IMG/VR virus record: IMGVR_UViG_3300027707_000103 | Span: 1-24,843 of that record | Origin: a virus | Taxonomy: Duplodnaviria > Caudoviricetes | DNA: 24,843 bases | Direction: 5' to 3' (one strand) | In this document: in pieces, positions 8,670 through 15,493 of the stretch | Position numbering within the stretch: position 1 is the first letter of the stretch | Layout of the letters: every line of letters starts with the position of its first letter | The notes under the pieces: generated by a model | The model's database searches: none | Told to the model about the DNA's origin: nothing | Seen by the model: only the letters and a program-made list of their open reading frames with translations | Position numbers and translations under genes: made by a program

Positions 8670-10223
8670 ATGGCAATTCAAACAATTCCAGGTTTAACTG
8701 GTTTTACTTACGCAAGAGTCGCTTCTATGGATGGACGTGCTGTAGGTAAATTAACAGACGCAAACCACTTGGAAAGTTTTCACTCTACTGAGCCAGCAGA
8801 TTATGATAAAAAAATCATAAGTCTTTACACTCAGAGTTCTCTTTACAGTAATGATTTTTTAGACATGATTAACAAGTCTACTCCTTACTACATTGATAAT
8901 AATAGTGATGCTTGGAAGTGGCAGGTACAAGTTCCTTACAAGTTTCCAAAAATCATTGACATTCCAGTTAGCACGCAAGAACTTACTAAACCTGGTATTG
9001 ATGGTCAAGAGTTTCAATTAGTGATTGATACTAATGAGTTTTCTAAGAACGCTATCGTTTCTGTAGGTACTCGTCAGTATGGTCCTCGTTTTTATGTAAT
9101 CAAAGATCCTCAACCTTGGAACATGGGATATTTGTATTCATTTACATTAGTAACAGACAATCCAACTGTAGATTTCGTAAGCTCTACCTTTTTAAGAATA
9201 GGTATTGAACTTGAATTAGTTGATGCTGCTATTGGTGAGTTTGATCAAGACTTATTAGGATTACCACGTTTGGGTCAACAAATCACAATGTTTGAATCTT
9301 TAGGTTCTGCATATGGTTATGAGCACAAAATTACTGAGTGGGCTGATGATAAGATGTTAAGAGATAACAATGGTAAACCTTTAGATATTTTAGTTTATGC
9401 TCCTCAACGTAGGAATGAATTACCTTTAACTCGTCAAGATGTTAAGTGGGAACCATTTATTGAGTTCTGGATGCGTAAGTCTATGTTAGAATTAAAAGTT
9501 AAGCGTATGATCTGGGCTAAGCCTGGTACCGTAAAAACTAATGGTTCTAAGCAAGAATTAAAGCGTACGTCTGCTGGTGTATATCACAGAATGCGTAATA
9601 ACGGTAACTTAGTACAATACAATCGTGGAGAATTTACAGCAAACTTGATTCGTTCAGTGTTTGGTGATTTGTTCTACAGACGTGTTGATGTTAAGGATCG
9701 TAGAGTTAAGATGTACACTAATGAAGCTGGGTTTGACGTGTTCCAACAAGCTTTAAAGAATGATGCATTAAATTCTGGTTTAACTTTCATGGCTGATTCT
9801 GGTAATCGTTACATGCAAGGAGAAGGACAACACATCACTTACAACTTTGCATTCGATGCAATGGTTACACGTGAGACTGGTCGTGTTGAATTAATTCACT
9901 TAAAAGAATTAGACCTTCCTCAAACAAACTTAGAATTTGGACAAAACAAGAAGAGCACACCTGTATTTATGGTGTTTGATGTAAGCCCTATGAGTGATGG
10001 TTCATTAGTGAACAACATTCGTGAGGTACGCATGAAAGGTGCTCCTTCTATGACTTGGGGATATATTGATGGTACTCGTAGTCACTTAGGCTTTGCTAAG
10101 TCTCAAGGTATGAGTTCTGCAAACAAATTCCCTGGTTATGAAATATGGATGAAAGATCGTTGTGATGTGTTCATTGAAGATTTGTCTCGTACAGTCTTGA
10201 TTGAAGAAATACCACAATTCTAA
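8670..10223 (+). CDS. major capsid protein (crAss-like, HK97 fold)
   Basis: 517 aa; strongly biased codons (CGT, GGT, TTC/TAC) suggesting high expression; A-rich leader; position after portal and scaffold; followed by strong RNA hairpins. Confidence 0.85.
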   Translation: MAIQTIPGLTGFTYARVASMDGRAVGKLTDANHLESFHSTEPADYDKKIISLYTQSSLYSNDFLDMINKSTPYYIDNNSDAWKWQVQVPYKFPKIIDIPVSTQELTKPGIDGQEFQLVIDTNEFSKNAIVSVGTRQYGPRFYVIKDPQPWNMGYLYSFTLVTDNPTVDFVSSTFLRIGIELELVDAAIGEFDQDLLGLPRLGQQITMFESLGSAYGYEHKITEWADDKMLRDNNGKPLDILVYAPQRRNELPLTRQDVKWEPFIEFWMRKSMLELKVKRMIWAKPGTVKTNGSKQELKRTSAGVYHRMRNNGNLVQYNRGEFTANLIRSVFGDLFYRRVDVKDRRVKMYTNEAGFDVFQQALKNDALNSGLTFMADSGNRYMQGEGQHITYNFAFDAMVTRETGRVELIHLKELDLPQTNLEFGQNKKSTPVFMVFDVSPMSDGSLVNNIREVRMKGAPSMTWGYIDGTRSHLGFAKSQGMSSANKFPGYEIWMKDRCDVFIEDLSRTVLIEEIPQF

Positions 10224-10263
10224 AAAACCTAGAGCAAGGTTAGAACTACGCTCTACAAATACC

Positions 10264-10306
10264 GAGAAGAATTCCCCCCCACTCCTCCAAGTGGGGGAGT
10301 CTTCTC
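10264..10306 (+). terminator. long GC-rich stem-loop downstream of MCP (terminator, stabiliser or processing site)
   Basis: GAGAAGA/TCTTCTC outer stem and CCCCCAC/GTGGGGG inner stem around loop TCCTCCAA; no U-tract follows. Confidence 0.55.
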
Positions 10307-10314
10307 ACAAACCC

Positions 10315-10373
10315 CAGATGGATGAATGCAGGCTTCATGCCTCATAGCATTACCTTCGATGGTAACCATCTGC
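10315..10373 (+). ncRNA. putative tRNA-like structured RNA element
   Basis: 7-bp closing stem CAGATGG/CCATCTG; 5-bp arm TTACC/GGTAA with loop TTCGAT directly abutting the 3' strand; internal arm TGC-AGGC(TTCAT)GCCT-CATA-GCA. Confidence 0.5.
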
Positions 10374-10399
10374 AAATAAACCAAAAACAACTACATATT

Positions 10400-11368
10400 A
10401 TGGGTAAGACAGGAAAAATCTCTACATTAAAGAAAGAGTATAACAATTCTCAATTACAAACTATGCAAGGCGGTCTTGCTATGAAAGGAATGACAAGAAT
10501 ACCTGGTACAGGTGTTTTTAAATATCCCTACAAAGAACTTGATGGGCAATATAGAACAGGGTTAGATGGTGACGCTGCTTATATAAGACGCATTGGAGAT
10601 GATGTAGAAAGAGAATTAGAAACTGAAAGAGTAACATCTTTACGTAAGAAACTTGAAGCTACATTAGGAGATGTTGACTTAGGACCAAGATCTAAATTTT
10701 GGAACTATGGATTATCAACTTCTACAGATGATGCTCTTCACGTACAACCAGTTAAGCTATTAGATGGTGATAACTATTTTGATACTAGTTTCGCTCTTCA
10801 AGAATTAGCTTTTGCATGGTTAAGAGTTCATCCAACAATTGCTTCTAGCTATCAAGCTTGGGAGCGTGGTGAATATCCTGCAGACACACAGTTTTATGTA
10901 GCTGATGATGAGATTGAAAATGCAGTTGTTTATAAAAAGAAACAATTGATTAACAAAGCAATTATTAAGTTTGACGCAATGGGTCCTGAGAAGAAAAGAA
11001 AGATTGCTCGTTTATTAGGACTTCCTATTAGTGATGATACAAAAGAGGAAGTGATATATAATCAAGTGGATAACTTATTAAAGCAGACAGAACTTAAAGG
11101 TGGAAAATATTCTGGACTTAGTCCTGTTGCAATTTTTACTAAATTTGCAGATATGCAAGAGAATTTGATTCATATTAAAGATTTAGTAAAACAATCAATT
11201 ACCCATTCAATATATAGAATAAAAGCAAGTGGTAGTGTGTATGAAGGTGAATTTGAAATAGCTAAGGATGAAGATGATTTAGTTAAATTCTTAATAAATG
11301 AAGATAACCAAGATCAGCTATTAACACTTGAAGGAAAATTAAAAACTAAAAAATTAGCATCTGTATGA
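10400..11368 (+). CDS. conserved crAss-like protein downstream of MCP
   Basis: Same frame as track ORF 10322-11368; ATG 10400 (MGKTGKIS) preferred because it has an A-rich leader and the upstream 78 nt are occupied by the RNA structure. Confidence 0.75.
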   Translation: MGKTGKISTLKKEYNNSQLQTMQGGLAMKGMTRIPGTGVFKYPYKELDGQYRTGLDGDAAYIRRIGDDVERELETERVTSLRKKLEATLGDVDLGPRSKFWNYGLSTSTDDALHVQPVKLLDGDNYFDTSFALQELAFAWLRVHPTIASSYQAWERGEYPADTQFYVADDEIENAVVYKKKQLINKAIIKFDAMGPEKKRKIARLLGLPISDDTKEEVIYNQVDNLLKQTELKGGKYSGLSPVAIFTKFADMQENLIHIKDLVKQSITHSIYRIKASGSVYEGEFEIAKDEDDLVKFLINEDNQDQLLTLEGKLKTKKLASV

Positions 11369-12096
11369 TCCCAGTAGATAGTTTATTATATAAAATCGAT
11401 CAGAAACTAAATAAACTATCAACTAATGAGCATCAACAAATTAATCTAGAAGACAAAATTCTAGCATTAAATGAAGCTCAGATTAAACTCATAAAGCAGA
11501 AGGTTGATGGCACAAGTACAAATTCTGGTCTTGGTCTAGATGCATTTAAAAAGCGTTATGAAGATTTACAAAGTTTGGTGCAGAGTTATAATCACCAACC
11601 TCTTCCATTAACGTTATCAAATGTAGAGCTAAATCAATGGAAAGCAGACATCACTGTTTTGGTTCCAACATACATGTTCTATTTAGATTCATATGTATTA
11701 GCAGACAAAGGAGTGTGTGTAGATAGAAAGATATGGATTAATAGTGATCTTACTAAACATGGTGATTTACAATTCCTTTTAGCAAATACCCATTATAGAC
11801 CATCATTTGAATACCAAGAAACGTTCAACTTTCTATCAACAGATGAAATTTCTATATTTACAGATGGTACGTTCACACCAAAGACGATGAACATAATGTA
11901 CATGAGATATCCTAAATACATAAACAAGGTGGGATATGTTATGTTAGATGGTACAAATTCTTATGATGAGGATTGCGAACTAGAATTATATTTAGAAGAC
12001 GAACTTTTAGATCTTACAGTGGAGAATCTAGCAATGTACACTGAAAATTCTTCTGCTGCTCAAAGTGCAGCTTACAGAATTAAAACAAACGAATAA
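11365..12096 (+). CDS. virion neck/ring (head-tail connector-type) protein
   Basis: N-terminal helices (DKILALNEAQIKLIK), YMRYP...CELELYLEDELLDLTVE C-terminus, typical of crAss-like ring proteins; ATGA overlap with previous gene. Confidence 0.6.
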   Translation: MIPVDSLLYKIDQKLNKLSTNEHQQINLEDKILALNEAQIKLIKQKVDGTSTNSGLGLDAFKKRYEDLQSLVQSYNHQPLPLTLSNVELNQWKADITVLVPTYMFYLDSYVLADKGVCVDRKIWINSDLTKHGDLQFLLANTHYRPSFEYQETFNFLSTDEISIFTDGTFTPKTMNIMYMRYPKYINKVGYVMLDGTNSYDEDCELELYLEDELLDLTVENLAMYTENSSAAQSAAYRIKTNE

Positions 12097-12123
12097 CTTT
12101 TTTACAATTTAAAATAAAACAAA

Positions 12124-13284
12124 ATGGCAGATTTTTCCCTAACCACGCTCTTTGTTGTACCAGTAGGCAATACTTTACCTAGCTCTGGGTCAACACAGAA
12201 TTTAACAGCAGGTCAATTTGGGTTGTTTCGTAGTGATTACACAGTGGCTAACGCTGGTAACATTGCAGCATCCCCTTATTTCTATGTAGCTCAAGGTAGA
12301 GTAAACACTTATTTACAAGGATCTAAGCGTTCAGATAAAATTTCTGGATGTCCTTCAGGTTCTTCTTGCAAATCTAATGTAACAGAATGGTACAAAGTTA
12401 CAGGTTGTGCAACAGCAGCAAATCAAGTTACCAAAGTTGGTGGCTGGACTGTTAAGTGCGGTGAAGTTGTTACATTAACACTTCGTGCATTTTCTAATTA
12501 CATTGAAACATTGTACTTTAATGGTTTCACTCGTAGTGTAACTGTTCAAGCACCTTGTTGTGATTGTGATGGTAATCCATGTGAAACAGTAGATGTTCCA
12601 GCATTGATTGACCAAATTATTTATCAATTAGAGTTAAGAGCTCCAGGTACAAACCCTGATAACATTAGTTTCAACACTTTCTATCAATTTCAAAGAGAGG
12701 GTGATGATGAGAATGCTTTATTAGTTATCTCTGGTAAGCCTTTAACTGTTTATGGACAACCTTGTGATGTTGCTGCATTCCCTTTTGAATATGACAGAAT
12801 GTTTTTTAGAACATTCGTATATTCTGGTCCTGCAACAACTGCTGATTTTATTGTAGCTGACAGATGTAACTTTGTTGCTGAGCCAGTTATCACTCAACGT
12901 GCATCTTATGCATATGGTAGTTCTGCAGAAATTCAACAATTAGAAAAGAATTTCTACAGTTATCAAGCAGGATACTTGAAGAGTTTATATAGAATGGTTG
13001 GTTATAACGAAAACTTTGAGAGCTGGGTGACAGATGGTACAACTTATGATACCTTCTACATCAAGTTTAATGAGTATGACAAATCGGCTTATCAGTGGGG
13101 TGATTATATCCATGAAGATTCTACAGTGATTATTGCTGCTCCTCAGAACTTAAGTGCTGCGATTGAATCTGTATTAGAAGCTGCATTAGGAAATGTTGCT
13201 AGTGATACTGACTGTATTACAACAACTAGTACTACTACTACTGTATGGCCTTCAACTTCAACTACTACTACTTTGATTCCTTAA
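12124..13284 (+). CDS. abundant structural protein, probable auxiliary capsid protein
   Basis: 386 aa beta-rich protein with A-rich leader and its own downstream terminator; position matches the crAss-like auxiliary capsid gene; Thr-rich C-terminal tail. Confidence 0.55.
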   Translation: MADFSLTTLFVVPVGNTLPSSGSTQNLTAGQFGLFRSDYTVANAGNIAASPYFYVAQGRVNTYLQGSKRSDKISGCPSGSSCKSNVTEWYKVTGCATAANQVTKVGGWTVKCGEVVTLTLRAFSNYIETLYFNGFTRSVTVQAPCCDCDGNPCETVDVPALIDQIIYQLELRAPGTNPDNISFNTFYQFQREGDDENALLVISGKPLTVYGQPCDVAAFPFEYDRMFFRTFVYSGPATTADFIVADRCNFVAEPVITQRASYAYGSSAEIQQLEKNFYSYQAGYLKSLYRMVGYNENFESWVTDGTTYDTFYIKFNEYDKSAYQWGDYIHEDSTVIIAAPQNLSAAIESVLEAALGNVASDTDCITTTSTTTTVWPSTSTTTTLIP

Positions 13285-13307
13285 TAAAGAGTAGATCATA
13301 TTAACCT

Positions 13308-13357
13308 ATGCCAGAGGGTGAGAGGATATTCTCAAGTCCTCTGGCATTTTTATTTTT
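13308..13357 (+). terminator. intrinsic terminator
   Basis: Perfect 10-bp stem ATGCCAGAGG/CCTCTGGCAT with inner TGAGA/TCTCA stem, followed by TTTTATTTTT. Confidence 0.85.
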
Positions 13358-13363
13358 AAAAAC

Positions 13364-13924
13364 ATGATTTTAGATATACTCGTAATACCTACTTATAATA
13401 CATTAACGTTAGGAATTGCTGATGCATCAACTTATGACACAGATCCTCCAGTGGTATCATCTCCTACAATAGAAATAACTATTCCAGGATTTACCACTCC
13501 TGTGTCTCTTCCTTTTAACGTTAATGATTTTAATATATTTAATTCAACATCCTTAGGTCTTAGTCTTGTAGGACAACCTTTAATTCCTTTACCAGATGGT
13601 GTATATTATTTAAAATACACTGTTACACCTGCGTATGTGTATTATGTACAAAAGAACATAATGCGTACTGAAGTGATACAAGAAAAGTTTGATGAGGCTT
13701 TTATGAAGCTTGACATGATGGAATGTGACCTTGCAATTAAAACACAATCAAAGGTGACTTTAAATAGTATATATTATATGATATCAGGATCTGTTGCTGC
13801 AGCTAATAACTGTGCAATAGATACAGCAAATAGATTATATATACAAGCTGATAGAATGCTTAATAATTTTATTTCAAACAACTGTGGTTGTTCAGGCAAC
13901 AACTATATAACTAACTTTCATTAA
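13364..13924 (+). CDS. virion structural protein (tail hub/collar-associated, putative)
   Basis: Ig-like beta N-terminal part ending LPDGVYYLKYTVTP, then helical Cys-containing C-terminus. Confidence 0.55.
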   Translation: MILDILVIPTYNTLTLGIADASTYDTDPPVVSSPTIEITIPGFTTPVSLPFNVNDFNIFNSTSLGLSLVGQPLIPLPDGVYYLKYTVTPAYVYYVQKNIMRTEVIQEKFDEAFMKLDMMECDLAIKTQSKVTLNSIYYMISGSVAAANNCAIDTANRLYIQADRMLNNFISNNCGCSGNNYITNFH

Positions 13925-13925
13925 A

Positions 13926-14060
13926 ATGGCAAACTGTAGAGGTTGCGGAATAAAGGTGGGATGTGGATGTCAATTGATAAATGGCTTGTGTTCAGCATGT
14001 AATAATGCTGCTAAACAAGTTACAAAACTTATTAAATATGTTACAGCCAAGATTAACTAA
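13926..14060 (+). CDS. 44-aa Cys-rich microprotein (not in ORF track)
   Basis: MANCRGCGIKVGCGCQLINGLCSACNNAAKQVTKLIKYVTAKIN*; starts 1 nt after previous stop and overlaps the next start. Confidence 0.7.
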   Translation: MANCRGCGIKVGCGCQLINGLCSACNNAAKQVTKLIKYVTAKIN

Positions 14061-14304
14061 CTGTATAGAATGTGGTACTATTCCTGCATTATTAAAAGAT
14101 ATAGATGCTAAACTAACAATTTTAGCTAAGATAGAATACAATAACATTATATTTTCAATGAACCATAATCTTTCATGTAGCCCTATTGGTGAATTATTAA
14201 ATTACAGAAGAATACTTACATATAAGTTTTGTAATGAAGATTATGCAAAATGTTTTACAATAAAGATGATAGCTAGTAGAGTTAAACTCTTAATACATAA
14301 ATAA
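14038..14304 (+). CDS. small Cys-containing virion-module protein
   Basis: Same frame as track ORF 13981-14304; ATG 14038 (MLQPRLTNCIEC) preferred since 13981-14037 lies inside the microprotein gene. Confidence 0.65.
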   Translation: MLQPRLTNCIECGTIPALLKDIDAKLTILAKIEYNNIIFSMNHNLSCSPIGELLNYRRILTYKFCNEDYAKCFTIKMIASRVKLLIHK

Positions 14305-14312
14305 ATTATAAA

Positions 14313-15473
14313 ATGCCAGAAGATACCACAACTACTACCACTACAAGTACCACTTCTACCAGTACAACAACAAGACCTTGTGATGCATGTTACAATGGAT
14401 GTGTACAAATCGTGTCTGATGAATGTGTTAGATATACAGGACCAAATTCTATTCCTTTAGATATATATACAGGAGATAACTTAATCACCGTTGAGACAGC
14501 TCTTATTAATGCTGTTGTTTCTTTTCTAGATGGTACAGGTATTGATATAACTATCAACCCTGCTTATTATTGTGCCCTTGTTTCTAGTTATTTACCTGTT
14601 GGAACACCTAATGCCCAAGAACTATTTGAAGCTCTTGTAAGGGCTGCTTGTGACCTACAGGCACAAATAGATGTGATTGATGTTACGTTAGATGTGTTAA
14701 ATGCAGATTATGATGTAGATTGTTTAGATGGTGTAACAGATGATTCTGATACACATGCTGTATTACAAGCTGTTATAACAAAACTTTGTGAAACAATTGT
14801 AGACCTAGATGCATTCATTCTTGATGTAGAAACAAACTATGTAAAACTAGCTGATTTCAATGCTTTAGTTGCTGCTTATTTAGCATCTCTACCTAGCTCT
14901 GGAAGTCAATATTATCTAAAGATGATTCCATTCACTGTACTTGAATACTATGGACCTTTAACTAATTTTGATGGTACAGGTGCTGGCATAACTGCATTAG
15001 GTTTTGATAAAATATATTTATGTAATGGTTTAAATGGCACTCCTGATAAAAGAGGAAGAGTGGGTGTTGGTGCTATAGATAGTGTTCCTGGAGGTCCTTT
15101 GGATGCTGCAGTGAATCCTTCATATGCTGGCAATCCTAACTATGTTTTATATGATATAGGAGGTGCAAATTCTGTTACATTAACTACAGCACAAATTCCT
15201 TCACACACACATGCAACTACAGCTTCTGCTACATCAACTGTAACAGATCCTGGACATATTCACTATGCAGGAAGAGAAAATGATTTTGGTGGAGCAAGTG
15301 GAACAATAGGTCTATCTAAAAATGTTCCTCAAAATCACGCAACAACAAGTTCTGTAACAGGTATTACAGTGGTAACAGATGTGTTTATAACTAACAGTAA
15401 CACTGGTGGTGGATCAGCTCATGCTAACATACAACCTGTATTAGCTTGTTATTATATAATGTATATTCCTTAA
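14313..15473 (+). CDS. tail fibre-type protein with C-terminal phage tail-collar-like domain
   Basis: LCNGLNGTPDKRGRVGVG...GGANSVTLTTAQIPSHTH...HANIQPVLACYYIM is the collar/short-fibre pattern with HxH metal motifs; helical acidic N-terminal half. Confidence 0.75.
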   Translation: MPEDTTTTTTTSTTSTSTTTRPCDACYNGCVQIVSDECVRYTGPNSIPLDIYTGDNLITVETALINAVVSFLDGTGIDITINPAYYCALVSSYLPVGTPNAQELFEALVRAACDLQAQIDVIDVTLDVLNADYDVDCLDGVTDDSDTHAVLQAVITKLCETIVDLDAFILDVETNYVKLADFNALVAAYLASLPSSGSQYYLKMIPFTVLEYYGPLTNFDGTGAGITALGFDKIYLCNGLNGTPDKRGRVGVGAIDSVPGGPLDAAVNPSYAGNPNYVLYDIGGANSVTLTTAQIPSHTHATTASATSTVTDPGHIHYAGRENDFGGASGTIGLSKNVPQNHATTSSVTGITVVTDVFITNSNTGGGSAHANIQPVLACYYIMYIP

Positions 15474-15493
15474 TAATTATAAATCAATTATAA

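Noticed and set aside
2125-10223. Introns or inteins in terminase, portal or capsid genes
   Set aside because: Frames are uninterrupted, lengths ordinary, and no intein splice motifs or homing endonuclease signatures were seen.
10315-10373. Canonical tRNA gene
   Set aside because: Too short, no D arm or 7-nt anticodon loop, 6-nt T loop, no CCA; kept only as a tRNA-like element.
10322-10399. N-terminal extension of the ORF called from ATG 10322
   Set aside because: Lies inside the structured RNA and lacks an A-rich leader; ATG 10400 fits better.
13981-14037. Track start of the 107-aa ORF
   Set aside because: Overlaps the Cys-rich microprotein in another frame; ATG 14038 is more plausible.
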